Assembly: GCF_001457595.1 (NCBI RefSeq)
Contig: NZ_LN831039.1
Location: 2,850,001 to 2,882,000 of the forward strand
DNA: 32,000 bases
Origin: Mycolicibacterium smegmatis
Lineage (GTDB): Bacteria; Actinomycetota; Actinomycetes; Mycobacteriales; Mycobacteriaceae
Direction of reading: 5' to 3'
This document shows, piece after piece, positions 7,387-17,360 of the stretch. The stretch's first letter is position 1; every line of letters begins with the position of its first letter. The translations under genes and the position numbers were made by a program. The notes beneath the pieces are model-generated. The model was not told the origin of the DNA. It saw nothing but the letters and a program-made list of their open reading frames with translations, and did not search any database.

Positions 7387-8160
7387 TCAATGGATCCTTT
7401 CGCCCAACCACTCGTACCACGCCGAGAGACCATCGCCCCGCGTTGCCGAGGTCTGCAGGATGGTGACGGCAGGGTTCACCGATCGTGCGTAGCGACAACA
7501 GGTTTCGATGTCAAAGTTCACGTAGGGAAGCAGGTCGATCTTGTTGAGGATCACCAGCCCGGCCGCGGCGAACATGTGGGGGTACTTGAGGGGTTTGTCG
7601 GTGCCTTCGGTGACCGAGATGACGACGACCTTCTGGTACTCGCCGAGATCGAACAGCGCCGGACACACGAGGTTTCCGACATTCTCGATGAACAACAGCG
7701 AACCGGGGGAGGGATCGAGTGCGTCGATTGCACGGTGCACCATCGACGCGTCGAGGTGGCATCCGGCGCCGGTGTTGACCTGAACCGCGCGTGCGCCGGC
7801 CGCACGGATCCGGTCGGCGTCGAGCAGGGTCTCCTGATCGCCCTCGATCACCGCGACCGCGTGGTCACGCCCGAGATCGCGGATCGTGCGTTCGAGCAGC
7901 GTGGTCTTGCCCGCCCCCGGCGAACTCGTGATGTTGAGCGCCAGGATCCCGCGCGCGGTGAGCCATTCGCGGTTCTGTTGGGCGAGCATGTCGTTCTTGG
8001 CCAGCACGCGCTGTTCGAGCGTGACGGTCTCGGTGGGCGGGTGGTCGTGGGTGTGTGGGTGATCGTGATCGTGCTCGTGGTGGTGCGGCGGCGCTTCGCC
8101 GGCGAGGGTGACCGGGACACCGGCGCCGTCGGCCCCGCCGCATCCGCAGGTTGCGCACAT
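7387..8160 (-). CDS. hypB: Hydrogenase nickel-insertion GTPase HypB, 257 aa
   Basis: N-terminal MCATCGCG metal-binding motif, His-rich stretch HHHEHDHDHPHTHDH, and P-loop SSPGAGKTTLL. The ATG lies 1 nt after the hypA stop. Confidence 0.95.
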   Translation of the reverse strand: MCATCGCGGADGAGVPVTLAGEAPPHHHEHDHDHPHTHDHPPTETVTLEQRVLAKNDMLAQQNREWLTARGILALNITSSPGAGKTTLLERTIRDLGRDHAVAVIEGDQETLLDADRIRAAGARAVQVNTGAGCHLDASMVHRAIDALDPSPGSLLFIENVGNLVCPALFDLGEYQKVVVISVTEGTDKPLKYPHMFAAAGLVILNKIDLLPYVNFDIETCCRYARSVNPAVTILQTSATRGDGLSAWYEWLGERIH

Positions 8161-8161
8161 G

Positions 8162-8491
8162 TCAGCTCACCTCCATCGACAGGATCCTGAGTTCGGCGCC
8201 CGCGGTCACCTCGACGTCGGCGCTGCCGCACGGGCACAGCAGGATGAGGTCGCCGAGGGTGAAGTCGGCGCCGCAGGTGCGGCAGTGGGCGGCGCCGGGG
8301 CGGATGTCGAGATCGAGCCGCGCGCCGTCGGCCGCCGTGCCCTCGGTGATCAGGTCGAAGCAGAACAGCATCGAGTCGGGGACCACCGCACACAACGCGC
8401 CCACCTCGAGGCGCACGCTGTGCACGCGCCGTCCCGCCGCGTGCTCACACACCGCATCGACGACGCTCTGGGTTATCGCCATCTCGTGCAT
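8162..8491 (-). CDS. hypA: Hydrogenase nickel metallochaperone HypA, 109 aa
   Basis: N-terminus MHEMAITQSVV (the MHE Ni-binding motif). Zinc site CRTCG...CPCG. Confidence 0.9.
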   Translation of the reverse strand: MHEMAITQSVVDAVCEHAAGRRVHSVRLEVGALCAVVPDSMLFCFDLITEGTAADGARLDLDIRPGAAHCRTCGADFTLGDLILLCPCGSADVEVTAGAELRILSMEVS

Positions 8492-8589
8492 CGCTGTCCG
8501 ATCGGACCCGGGATGCTCCCACGGTAGGCCTGTCGTGTGCCGTCCGGCGCAAAACCGCGATGCGGGTCCGGACAGCTCGGCGTGTCCAC

Positions 8590-8617
8590 TTGAATCGAAC
8601 AGGTGTTCGTCTACTGT
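8590..8617 (+). promoter_or_regulatory. LexA-controlled recA promoter: -35 TTGAAT, SOS (Cheo) box TCGAACAGGTGTTCG in the spacer, -10 TACTGT
   Basis: GAAC-N4-GTTC core at 8597-8608 matches the mycobacterial SOS box consensus TCGAAC-N4-GTTCGA. The hexamers are 16 nt apart. The element lies about 100 nt upstream of the recA ATG. Confidence 0.8.
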
Positions 8618-8637
8618 GGTGAAGAGTTCGACCGGAC

Positions 8638-8660
8638 TTGTCGGTGGTCTGCTCTAACGT
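8638..8660 (+). promoter_or_regulatory. RecA-NDp (LexA/RecA-independent, PafBC-type) promoter motif
   Basis: TTGTCGGTG-N8(GTCTGCTC)-TAACGT fits the published consensus tTGTCRgtg-N8-TAnnnT exactly. It lies 56 nt upstream of the recA ATG. Confidence 0.75.
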
Positions 8661-8715
8661 CACGGCCAACCGATCGGAACACCGGTCAGACACGACTACT
8701 CGGAGAGGCACCACC

Positions 8716-9765
8716 ATGGCGCAGCAGGCCCCAGATCGCGAAAAGGCCCTCGAACTGGCGATGGCCCAGATCGACAAGAATTTCGGCAAAGGCTCGGTGA
8801 TGCGCCTCGGCGAAGAGGTGCGCCAGCCGATCTCGGTGATCCCCACCGGTTCCATCTCACTGGATGTGGCGCTCGGCATCGGCGGCCTGCCGCGGGGCCG
8901 CGTCATCGAGATCTACGGCCCGGAGTCCTCGGGTAAGACCACCGTGGCCCTGCATGCCGTCGCCAACGCGCAGGCCGCGGGCGGTATCGCGGCGTTCATC
9001 GACGCCGAGCACGCGCTGGATCCCGAGTACGCCAAAAAGCTGGGTGTGGACACCGACTCGCTGCTGGTGTCGCAGCCCGACACCGGTGAGCAGGCGCTGG
9101 AGATCGCCGACATGCTGGTGCGGTCCGGCGCGCTGGACATCATCGTCATCGACTCGGTCGCCGCCCTGGTGCCGCGCGCCGAGATCGAGGGCGAGATGGG
9201 TGACAGCCACGTCGGCCTGCAGGCCCGCCTGATGAGCCAGGCGCTGCGCAAGATGACCGGCGCGTTGAACAACTCGGGGACCACCGCGATCTTCATCAAC
9301 CAGCTCCGCGAGAAGATCGGTGTGATGTTCGGCTCGCCCGAGACCACCACGGGCGGTAAGGCACTGAAGTTCTACGCCTCGGTCCGCCTCGACGTGCGCC
9401 GTATCGAGACGCTCAAGGACGGCACCGACGCGGTCGGTAACCGCACCCGCGTCAAGGTCGTCAAGAACAAGGTCTCCCCGCCGTTCAAGCAGGCCGAGTT
9501 CGACATCCTCTACGGCCAGGGCATCAGCCGCGAGGGTTCGCTCATCGACATGGGCGTCGAGCACGGCTTCATCCGCAAGTCCGGGTCCTGGTTCACCTAC
9601 GAGGGTGAGCAGCTGGGCCAGGGCAAGGAGAACGCCCGCAAGTTCCTGCTGGAGAACACCGACGTCGCCAACGAGATCGAGAAGAAGATCAAAGAGAAGC
9701 TCGGTATCGGCGCCGTCGTGACCGCTGAAGCCGATGACGTCCTCCCGGCCCCGGTTGACTTCTGA
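8716..9765 (+). CDS. recA: Recombinase RecA, 349 aa, intein-free
   Basis: Track ORF 8638..9765 trimmed to ATG 8716, preceded by GGAGAGG. Sequence [33 protein letters not shown], with Walker [10 protein letters not shown]. Confidence 0.97.
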   Translation: MAQQAPDREKALELAMAQIDKNFGKGSVMRLGEEVRQPISVIPTGSISLDVALGIGGLPRGRVIEIYGPESSGKTTVALHAVANAQAAGGIAAFIDAEHALDPEYAKKLGVDTDSLLVSQPDTGEQALEIADMLVRSGALDIIVIDSVAALVPRAEIEGEMGDSHVGLQARLMSQALRKMTGALNNSGTTAIFINQLREKIGVMFGSPETTTGGKALKFYASVRLDVRRIETLKDGTDAVGNRTRVKVVKNKVSPPFKQAEFDILYGQGISREGSLIDMGVEHGFIRKSGSWFTYEGEQLGQGKENARKFLLENTDVANEIEKKIKEKLGIGAVVTAEADDVLPAPVDF

Positions 9766-10300
9766 GCCGTCGGACGTCCCCGACGGCGAGCAGGCGCAGG
9801 ATCCTCGCACCCGTGAGGAGCAGGCCAAGAACGTCTGCCTGCGCCTGCTCACCGTGCGGGCACGTACCCGGGCCGAGCTCGAAACCCAGCTGACCAAGCG
9901 CGGCTATCCCGACGACGTCAGCGCCAGGGTTCTCGACCGGCTCACCGAGGTCGGCCTGATCGACGATGAGGACTTCGCCGAGCAGTGGGTGCGTTCACGC
10001 CACCTCAACGCCGGAAAAGGCAAGCGCGCCTTGGCTGTCGAGCTCCGTAAGAAGGGCGTGGACGACGAGGTGATCTCGTCGGCTCTGGCCGATCTCGACC
10101 CGGCCGCCGAGCGTCAACGGGCCGAGCAGTTGGTGCGCGACAAGTTGCGCCGCGAACGTCTCGACGGCACACCGGAAAACGACGTCAAGGTCACCCGCAG
10201 GCTCGTGGGCATGCTGGCGCGCCGCGGATACAACCAGTCGATGGCCTACGACGTGGTCAGCGTCGAGTTGGCCAACGAGCGGGAGCGCCGGCGGGTCTAG
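9734..10300 (+). CDS. recX: RecA regulator RecX, 188 aa
   Basis: Track ORF. Shows the RecX repeat architecture ([31 protein letters not shown]...). It overlaps the recA 3' end by 32 nt in another frame. Confidence 0.9.
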   Translation: MTSSRPRLTSEPSDVPDGEQAQDPRTREEQAKNVCLRLLTVRARTRAELETQLTKRGYPDDVSARVLDRLTEVGLIDDEDFAEQWVRSRHLNAGKGKRALAVELRKKGVDDEVISSALADLDPAAERQRAEQLVRDKLRRERLDGTPENDVKVTRRLVGMLARRGYNQSMAYDVVSVELANERERRRV

Positions 10301-10357
10301 CGGTCGTGAGTCGGCTCCGGCACCGTCGTGACCGGGGACCACCGGGGCGGCGATCCG

Positions 10358-11257
10358 TTACTTGTCGGCCTGCCCGGTGAGCACATCGGCACCCGGCGCG
10401 CCCTCCTGTTCGACCGCTTCTGCGTGCATGGGTGCGGGGCCGCGGGTGGATCTGCGCAGCCTGCGTTCGATGCGTGTCGCCAGGGCCGACAGCGCGAAGT
10501 TCACGCTGATCATCAGGACCGCGATCACGATCAGTGCCGGCAGGTAGTTGCCGTAGGACGAACCGATGACGGTGCCTTGCCGCACCATCTCGACGAACGT
10601 GATCTGGTAGCCGATCGCGGTGTCCTTGAGCACCACCACCAACTGCGATACCAGCACGGGCAGCATCGCGGTGATGGCCTGCGGCAGCTGGATCATCCGC
10701 ATGGTCTGCCACCACGACAAGCCGAGCGATGCGGCCGCCTCGGATTGCCCGCGGGGCAGGGAATGCACACCGGCGCGGACGATTTCGGCGATGACCGAAC
10801 CGTTGTAGAGCGTGAGCCCGGTGATGACGCCGGCCAGCGCGAGGTGCTTGGACGGGAACACGTCGTACGCCGCGTAGAAGAAGTACGCGAAGATCATCAT
10901 GATCAGCACCGGGACGGCGCGGAAGAACTCCACGATGACCGTGCACACCCAGCGGATCGGCCGGATCGGCGCCAACCGGCCGACCCCGAGCGCCAGCCCC
11001 AGGGCCAGCGCCAGCACGATCGACACCGCGGCCGCGGTCAGCGTGCCCTGCACGCCCGGCAACACGTAGGTCTTCCACAGGTTCGCGGTGAGGAACGGTT
11101 CCCACTTCTCCGACGTCAACTGGTTCTTGGTCCACAGTTGCCACAGCACGAACGCGACCACCAGTGTGCCGATCACCGCCGACACCGCGGTCAGGATCCC
11201 GTTGCGTACCCGCGCGCGCGGTCCGGGCGCGTCGAACAGAACCGATGCTCCGGTCAC
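10358..11257 (-). CDS. gluD: Glutamate ABC transporter permease GluD, 299 aa
   Basis: Polytopic His/Glu/Gln/Arg-type permease. GTG start overlaps the gluC stop (GTGA). Last gene of the gluABCD arrangement known from Corynebacterium glutamicum. Confidence 0.85.
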   Translation of the reverse strand: MTGASVLFDAPGPRARVRNGILTAVSAVIGTLVVAFVLWQLWTKNQLTSEKWEPFLTANLWKTYVLPGVQGTLTAAAVSIVLALALGLALGVGRLAPIRPIRWVCTVIVEFFRAVPVLIMMIFAYFFYAAYDVFPSKHLALAGVITGLTLYNGSVIAEIVRAGVHSLPRGQSEAAASLGLSWWQTMRMIQLPQAITAMLPVLVSQLVVVLKDTAIGYQITFVEMVRQGTVIGSSYGNYLPALIVIAVLMISVNFALSALATRIERRLRRSTRGPAPMHAEAVEQEGAPGADVLTGQADK

Positions 11258-11934
11258 CGCGCCACCGCCAGTCTCTTCCCCAGCCAGCCGAACAACAGGC
11301 CCACCGGAAGCGTCAGGAGGATGAAGCCCAGCGCCATGATGGTGCCGACCGTCAGCAGCGCGGCGGTGTTCTCGATCATCGCCTTCATGAGCAGGGCGGC
11401 CTCGGCGACACCGATGGCCGAGGCGATCGTGGTGTTCTTGATCAGCGCGATCAACACCGACCCGAGCGGGATGATCACGGCGCGAAAAGCCTGCGGCAGC
11501 AGGATGTATCGCAGGTTCTGCCCGAACGTGAAACCGAGTGAGCGGGCCGCCTCGGCCTGACCCAGCGGCACGGTGTTCACACCCGACCGGATCGTCTCAC
11601 ACACGAAAGACGCGGTGTAGACGGTCAATCCGAGCACGGCGAGCCGGAAGTTGCTGTCGGCGATCGACGTGGGGGAGTTGGGGTCGACCAGCGTGATCCG
11701 CAGGGTCTGGCCGACGCCGAACGAGCAGAACAGGATGATGAGCGTCAGCGGGGTGTTGCGGACCACGTTGACATACGCCGTCCCCATCCAGTTCATCACC
11801 GGGATCGGTGCCAGCCGCATCGCGGCCAGCACCGTGCCCAGGATGAGCGCCCCAACCGCGGAGTACACCGTCAGTTGGATGGTTGTCCAGAACGCCGCGA
11901 AGATCTCGTCGCGGTACTCGTCGAATATTTCCAC
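11254..11934 (-). CDS. gluC: Glutamate ABC transporter permease GluC, 226 aa
   Basis: Track ORF. Amino-acid ABC permease with an EAA-like loop (GQAEAARSLGFTFGQNLRYILLPQA). Confidence 0.85.
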   Translation of the reverse strand: MEIFDEYRDEIFAAFWTTIQLTVYSAVGALILGTVLAAMRLAPIPVMNWMGTAYVNVVRNTPLTLIILFCSFGVGQTLRITLVDPNSPTSIADSNFRLAVLGLTVYTASFVCETIRSGVNTVPLGQAEAARSLGFTFGQNLRYILLPQAFRAVIIPLGSVLIALIKNTTIASAIGVAEAALLMKAMIENTAALLTVGTIMALGFILLTLPVGLLFGWLGKRLAVAR

Positions 11935-11952
11935 GGTTGAGGCGGCGTCCGA

Positions 11953-12774
11953 TCAGTCGCGGTCGACGGCGGGAGGCTGCGGTGCCTGGATGCCTGCCGG
12001 TCCGAGGTTCTTGTCGAAGGCCTCTTTCCAGGCGCCGCTGGATTCCATCTTCTCGATCGCGTCGTTGATCTTGTTGCGCAGCTCGGTGTCGTCCTTCTTC
12101 AGGCCGATGCCGTAGCGCTCCTCGGAGAACGTGTCACCGACGAGCTTGAAGGTGCCTGGGGACTGTGCGGCGTAACCGGCGAGGATCACCTCGTCGGTGG
12201 TCAACGCGTCGACCGCGCCGTTCTTGAGCGCCTCGACGCACGCCGAGTAGGTGTCGTACTGCTGCAACTGCACGCCCGGGTACTCATCCTTGATCCGCTG
12301 GGCCGGCGTGGAACCCGACACCGAGCACAGCTTCTTGTTGTTCTCCAGCGACGCGGCGCCGGTGATGTCGTTGTTGTCGGCGCGCACCAGGAGGCTCTGC
12401 CCCGTGATCAGGTACGGCCCGGCGAAGTCGACCTTCTCCTTGCGGGAGTCGGTGATCGAGTAGGTGGCGGCGATGAAGTCGACCTGACCGTTCTGGATCA
12501 GCGTCTCCCGCTGCGCCGACGGGGCCTCCTTCCACTCGATCTGGTCCTCGCTGTAGCCCAGCTCGTTGGCCACGTACTTGGCGACGTCGACGTCGAACCC
12601 GGTGAGCGTGCCGTCGGGCTGCTTCAGACCGAGACCCGGCTGGTCGTACTTGGTTCCGATGACGATCGTGTCGCTGTCGCCGCCGCTGTCGCCACCACCG
12701 CATGCCGTCGCCGCGAACGGCAGGGCGATGGCGAGTGCGACAGCACCGGCGACGCGTTTGGGAATGGACCGCAT
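11953..12774 (-). CDS. gluB: Glutamate-binding lipoprotein GluB, 273 aa
   Basis: Track ORF trimmed to ATG 12772-12774 (MRSIPKRVAGAVALAIALPFAATACGGG), preceded by AAAGGAA. Signal peptide plus lipobox-like ATAC. Family-3 solute-binding protein body. Confidence 0.85.
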   Translation of the reverse strand: MRSIPKRVAGAVALAIALPFAATACGGGDSGGDSDTIVIGTKYDQPGLGLKQPDGTLTGFDVDVAKYVANELGYSEDQIEWKEAPSAQRETLIQNGQVDFIAATYSITDSRKEKVDFAGPYLITGQSLLVRADNNDITGAASLENNKKLCSVSGSTPAQRIKDEYPGVQLQQYDTYSACVEALKNGAVDALTTDEVILAGYAAQSPGTFKLVGDTFSEERYGIGLKKDDTELRNKINDAIEKMESSGAWKEAFDKNLGPAGIQAPQPPAVDRD

Positions 12775-12799
12775 TGTTCTGATTCCTTTCACCGGAACG

Positions 12800-13585
12800 T
12801 TAGTGATGCAGGATTTTGCCGAGAAAATCTTTGGCACGTTCGCTTTTCGGGTTGTCGAAGAACTCGGCAGGTGAGGAGTCCTCGACGATGGCGCCGTCGG
12901 ACATGAACACCACGCGGTCCGACGCCCGGCGCGCGAAACCCATCTCGTGGGTGACCACGACCATGGTCATGCCCTCCGATGCCAGCGACGACATCACGGC
13001 GAGGACCTCGTTGATCATCTCCGGGTCGAGCGCGCTGGTGGGCTCGTCGAACAGCATGACCTTGGGGTTCATCGCCAGCGAGCGGGCGATCGCGACGCGC
13101 TGCTGCTGACCACCTGACAACTGGGCGGGGTACTTGTCGGCCTGGTTGGCCACCCCGACGCGTTCGAGGAGGGCGAGCGCGTTCTCCCTGGCCTTGTCCT
13201 TGGCGAACCTGCGGACCTTCATCGGCGCGAGGGTGACGTTCTCCAGGATTGTCTTGTGCGCGAACAGGTTGAACGACTGGAACACCATGCCCACATCCGA
13301 ACGCAGCTGTGCGAGCCTGCGCCCCTCGGCGGGCAGGACCTTCCCGTCGACCATGATCGTGCCGGAATCGATGGTCTCGAGGCGATTGATCGTGCGGCAC
13401 AACGTCGATTTGCCCGAGCCCGAGGGGCCGAGCACCACCACGACCTGACCCTTGCCGACGTCGAGGTTGATGTCCTTGAGCACATGGAGTTGCCCGAAGT
13501 GCTTGTTTACTCCCTGAAGTGAGATCATCGGCACATCTGATTGCGCCGCACCGTCGACCTGCGGCTGCTCGCCGGGGCTTCCCAT
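12800..13585 (-). CDS. gluA: Glutamate ABC transporter ATPase GluA, 261 aa (alternative start at MISLQGV 19 codons downstream)
   Basis: Walker [10 protein letters not shown], signature LSGGQQQRV, Walker [12 protein letters not shown]. Near-collinear with C. glutamicum GluA as I remember it. Confidence 0.9.
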   Translation of the reverse strand: MGSPGEQPQVDGAAQSDVPMISLQGVNKHFGQLHVLKDINLDVGKGQVVVVLGPSGSGKSTLCRTINRLETIDSGTIMVDGKVLPAEGRRLAQLRSDVGMVFQSFNLFAHKTILENVTLAPMKVRRFAKDKARENALALLERVGVANQADKYPAQLSGGQQQRVAIARSLAMNPKVMLFDEPTSALDPEMINEVLAVMSSLASEGMTMVVVTHEMGFARRASDRVVFMSDGAIVEDSSPAEFFDNPKSERAKDFLGKILHH

Positions 13586-13680
13586 GGGTGGAGACCTTAC
13601 CCAGGGATCGGCCGGTCTGCCTGCATCTTGTGAATCCGCCGGGTTAACGTCCCGCGTGCGTACGTCCGTACCATGGGTCC

Positions 13681-15228
13681 GTGACTTCGATGGTGACCAG
13701 GGACGAGACAGCCGAGGCCGAGGGCCTGCGACCCGCTGTCGGCTCGTCGCGCGTTCGCACCTATCAGGTCCGCACGTACGGCTGTCAGATGAATGTGCAC
13801 GACTCCGAGCGGCTGTCGGGGCTGCTGGAATCCGCCGGCTACCAGCGTGCGGCCGAAGGTACCGACGCCGACATCGTGGTGTTCAACACGTGCGCGGTAC
13901 GTGAGAACGCCGACAACAAGCTGTACGGGAACCTGAGTCATCTCGCACCGCGCAAGCAGGCCGATCCGAACATGCAGATCGCCGTGGGCGGATGCCTCGC
14001 GCAGAAAGACCGTGACGCGGTGCTGCGCCGCGCCCCCTGGGTGGACGTCGTCTTCGGCACCCACAACATCGGGTCGCTGCCGACGCTGCTCGAGCGGGCC
14101 CGGCACAACCGCGAGGCCCAGGTCGAGATCGTCGAGGCGCTGCAGGAGTTCCCGTCGGCGCTGCCTGCCTCCCGTGAATCCGCTTACGCGGCATGGGTTT
14201 CCATCTCGGTCGGCTGCAACAACACCTGCACGTTCTGCATCGTGCCGTCGTTGCGTGGCAAGGAGGTCGACCGTCGGCCGGGCGACATCCTCGCCGAGGT
14301 GCAGTCACTCGTGGACCAGGGCGTGCTCGAGATCACGCTGCTCGGCCAGAACGTCAACGCCTACGGGGTCTCGTTTGCCGACCCGGAACTGCCCCGCGAC
14401 CGCGGCGCGTTTGCCAAGCTGCTGCGGGCGTGCGGTGGCATCGACGGTCTCGAACGTGTCCGCTTCACTTCGCCGCACCCGGCCGAGTTCACCGACGACG
14501 TGATCGAGGCCATGGCGGCCACCCCCAATGTGTGCCCCACGCTGCACATGCCGCTGCAGTCGGGTTCCGACCGCATCCTCAAGGCCATGCGGCGCTCCTA
14601 CCGCGCCGAGCGCTTCCTCGGGATCATCGACAAGGTGCGCGCGGCCATCCCGCACGCGGCCATCACCACCGATCTCATCGTCGGTTTCCCCGGCGAGACC
14701 GAAGAGGACTTCCAGGCCACGCTCGATGTCGTCGAGCGGGCGAGGTTCGCCGGCGCGTTCACGTTCCAGTACTCGAAGCGTCCGGGAACCCCCGCCGCCG
14801 ACATGCCCGATCAGTTGCCCAAAGACGTTGTCAGCGAGCGTTATCAGCGCCTGATCGCGTTGCAGGAGCGCATCTCGCTGGAGCAGAACTCCGCGCAGAT
14901 CGGCCAGACCGTCGAACTTCTCGTCGCCACCGGCGAGGGCCGCAAGGACGCGAGCACCGCGCGCATGTCCGGGCGGGCCCGCGACGGGCGCCTGGTGCAT
15001 TTTCTGCCCGGGGACAACGTGATCCGGCCGGGTGACGTCGTGACCACCACCGTCACCGGGGCGGCGCCGCACCACCTGATCGCCGACGCCCCGATCATCG
15101 AACACCGCCGCACCCGCGCGGGCGACGCGCACGCGGCAGGCCAGAAACCCCGCACCGGTGTGGGTCTCGGCATGCCGCGCATCGGCGCGCCCGCGCCGAG
15201 TACGGCGGCAGAAGGGTGTGGCTGTTGA
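13681..15228 (+). CDS. miaB: tRNA (i6A37) methylthiotransferase MiaB, 515 aa (GTG 13681, or ATG 13690)
   Basis: UPF0004 N-domain [11 protein letters not shown], radical-SAM motif [11 protein letters not shown], and a TRAM-like C-terminus. Confidence 0.92.
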   Translation: MTSMVTRDETAEAEGLRPAVGSSRVRTYQVRTYGCQMNVHDSERLSGLLESAGYQRAAEGTDADIVVFNTCAVRENADNKLYGNLSHLAPRKQADPNMQIAVGGCLAQKDRDAVLRRAPWVDVVFGTHNIGSLPTLLERARHNREAQVEIVEALQEFPSALPASRESAYAAWVSISVGCNNTCTFCIVPSLRGKEVDRRPGDILAEVQSLVDQGVLEITLLGQNVNAYGVSFADPELPRDRGAFAKLLRACGGIDGLERVRFTSPHPAEFTDDVIEAMAATPNVCPTLHMPLQSGSDRILKAMRRSYRAERFLGIIDKVRAAIPHAAITTDLIVGFPGETEEDFQATLDVVERARFAGAFTFQYSKRPGTPAADMPDQLPKDVVSERYQRLIALQERISLEQNSAQIGQTVELLVATGEGRKDASTARMSGRARDGRLVHFLPGDNVIRPGDVVTTTVTGAAPHHLIADAPIIEHRRTRAGDAHAAGQKPRTGVGLGMPRIGAPAPSTAAEGCGC

Positions 15229-15851
15229 ACGCCAAGAACCACGACAAGGACTTCGAGCAGTTCAAGGGCGATCTCGACGCCGTCGAACGCAAGGTCGCAG
15301 GCGAGTTCGATCCCGGTGCGCGTGCACTGGTGGTCGCGATCCTGGTGTTCGTGCTGCTGGGTTCGTTCCTGCTGCCGCACACCGGCAGCAGCAAGGGTTT
15401 CGACGTGCTGGTCGGCAATGCCATCGCGGTCGGCGACGGTGTGTCACTGCCGTCGCGGGTGTTCACCTGGCTGGCGCTGGTGTTCTCGGTCGGCTTCTCC
15501 GTGCTGGCGCTGCTGACCCGCCGGTGGGCGCTGGCCTGGGTGGCCCTGGCCGGCTCGGCGGTCGCCAGTGCGCTCGGCATGCTCGCGGTGTGGTCGCGCC
15601 AGACCGCGGGGGACAACCCGGGCCCGGGATACGGCCTGATCATCGCCTGGCTGACGGTGATCGTGCTCACGTTCCACTGGGCGCGGGTGGTGTGGTCGCG
15701 CACCGCGGTTCAACTCGCCGCCGAGGCGCGGCGCCGCGACGCGGCCGCGCAGCACCAGCAGAACGGACTGCTCGACGGACTCGACAAACCCGACAAGACC
15801 GGTGAGAAGGACGACGGCCCCGGCAAGGACGAGCCGGGGGCCGGTCACTAG
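15216..15851 (+). CDS. Conserved mycobacterial membrane protein (Rv2732c-like), about 208-211 aa
   Basis: Track ORF with four hydrophobic helices. An alternative TTG start at 15225 overlaps the miaB TGA (TTGA), suggesting translational coupling. Confidence 0.75.
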   Translation: MWLLNAKNHDKDFEQFKGDLDAVERKVAGEFDPGARALVVAILVFVLLGSFLLPHTGSSKGFDVLVGNAIAVGDGVSLPSRVFTWLALVFSVGFSVLALLTRRWALAWVALAGSAVASALGMLAVWSRQTAGDNPGPGYGLIIAWLTVIVLTFHWARVVWSRTAVQLAAEARRRDAAAQHQQNGLLDGLDKPDKTGEKDDGPGKDEPGAGH

Positions 15852-15858
15852 CCCCCGG
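15834..15858. terminator. Candidate bidirectional stem-loop between convergent genes
   Basis: CCGGGGGC-(9 nt)-GCCCCCGG, an 8-bp GC stem spanning the stop codon at 15849-15851. The next gene's stop is at 15870. No U-tract. Confidence 0.3.
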
Positions 15859-15869
15859 GGCCCGTCACC

Positions 15870-17198
15870 TCAGCGGCGCTTCTCCAGCGATTCTGCCGCG
15901 GCCTCGGCCCACTGCCGCCACTGTGCGGCGCTGGCACGCGCCTCCTCGGCATCCTTGGTCCGCCCCGCGGCCTCGGCCTTCTCGGCCTGCCGTTCGAACT
16001 GCTCGGCGCGGGCACGGAACTGATCGGCACGCGCCTTGGCCTCGGGATCGACACCACCCGTGGGTGCCTCCCGGATCTTCTTCTCGATCGCGCGCAGGCG
16101 GCGTTCGAGTTCGGCGGCGCGTTCGCGCGGCACCTTGCCGATGGCGTCCCACTTGTCGCCGATCACGCGCAGCGCGGCCCGCGCGGCCTCGTTGTCCGAC
16201 AGGTCGATCTTCTCGGCCTCGGCCAGCAGGGCCTCCTTGGCCGCGGCGTTCGCCTTGAACTCGGCATCACGCTCGGCATGGGCGGCGTTGCGCGCCGAGA
16301 AGAACGTGTCCTGGGCGGCCTTGAAGCGCTGCCACAGTGCGTCGTCGACGTCCTTGGCGGCGCGCCCCGCGGCTTTCCACTCGGCAAGCAGGTCGCGGAA
16401 CGCCGCGCTCGTGGCGCCCCAGTCGGTCGAATCGGCCAGTGCCTCGGCACGCTCGCACAGTGCCTCCTTGGCCTGGCGGGCGCTCACTCGGCTGCGGTCG
16501 AGCTCGGCGAAATGCGAACCGCGGCGACGGTTGAACGTCTCGCGGGCCGCCGAGTAGCGCTTCCACAACGCGTCGTCGGTTTTTCGCTCCAGCCCGGTGA
16601 TGGTGCGCCACTCGTCGAGGATCTCGCGCAGGCGGTCGCCCGCGGCCTTCCACTGCGTGGAGTTGGCGGCGATGTCCTCGGCCTCGGCGGCCAGCGCCTC
16701 TTTGCGCGCGGTCTGCGCGGCGCGGTACTCGTCGCGCTGCGCGCGCTCGTTCTGGGCGGCCTCGTCGGCCTGCTCCAGGATCGAGGACAGACGCGCGCTC
16801 AATGCGTCGACGTCGCCGAGCACAGATGCGGTGGGCAGGCTCTCGGCGAGCGCGGCCGCGGCGGACTTGATCTTGCGGGCGTCGCCGGTACCGGTGGCCA
16901 GGCGCCGCTCCAGCAGCGCGACCTCGGTGTGCAGATCGTCGTAACGCCTGCCGAAGTGCGCGAACGCCGACTCGGTGTCACCGGCCTGCCATGCGCCGAT
17001 GACCCGTTCGCCGGATCCGGTGATCAGCCACACCGTGCCGTCCGGGTCGACGCGCCCGAACCGGTGCGGATCACTGGACGGCGCTGCCGCGACGACCGGA
17101 GCCACCCGACTGGGACGGGGAACGGGCCGGGGTGTTGGGTGGGGCGTGGGCCGGGGGGTGGGCTTGGGGGTGGCGCCGCCTGGCTCACTGGTTGTCAT
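15870..17198 (-). CDS. DUF349 repeat protein (Rv2731-like), 442 aa
   Basis: Track ORF trimmed to ATG 17196-17198 (MTTSEPGG), preceded by GAGGAG. Three or more copies of the helical unit KEAL..AE......W......L..EW...G...K..DDALW.RF..A...F. Pro/Thr-rich N-terminus [19 protein letters not shown]. Confidence 0.85.
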   Translation of the reverse strand: MTTSEPGGATPKPTPRPTPHPTPRPVPRPSRVAPVVAAAPSSDPHRFGRVDPDGTVWLITGSGERVIGAWQAGDTESAFAHFGRRYDDLHTEVALLERRLATGTGDARKIKSAAAALAESLPTASVLGDVDALSARLSSILEQADEAAQNERAQRDEYRAAQTARKEALAAEAEDIAANSTQWKAAGDRLREILDEWRTITGLERKTDDALWKRYSAARETFNRRRGSHFAELDRSRVSARQAKEALCERAEALADSTDWGATSAAFRDLLAEWKAAGRAAKDVDDALWQRFKAAQDTFFSARNAAHAERDAEFKANAAAKEALLAEAEKIDLSDNEAARAALRVIGDKWDAIGKVPRERAAELERRLRAIEKKIREAPTGGVDPEAKARADQFRARAEQFERQAEKAEAAGRTKDAEEARASAAQWRQWAEAAAESLEKRR

Positions 17199-17360
17199 AT
17201 CCGCTCCTCGTACTCCGCGCGGTGGCCCGCGCATCTGCCGCGCGACGCGGCGCCCGATTGCTGTCAGCTTCGACCGCTATTCAAGCAGGTCGTGCTGCGC
17301 TGTGCCCATGGCTTTAGGCTCAATGCCCCCACAAACTCGAATGACGGACCTGGAGGCGGG

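Noticed and set aside
8445-8906. 153-aa minus-strand ORF across the recA promoter and 5' end
   Set aside because: It overlaps hypA, the regulatory region and recA. It shows no coding-type signal.
8716-9765. Possible RecA intein, as in M. tuberculosis or M. leprae
   Set aside because: The ORF is a contiguous 349-aa RecA with no insertion. There is no intein.
13628-13650. TTGTGAATC-N8-TAACGT upstream of miaB, with the same spacing and -10 as the recA RecA-NDp promoter
   Set aside because: Only TTGT of the 9-nt upstream element matches. That is too weak to call without expression data.
16278-17360. N-terminal 361 codons of the 656-aa plus-strand ORF
   Set aside because: This part is antisense to the DUF349 gene. 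The real membrane protein begins at ATG 17361, which has a GGAGG SD.
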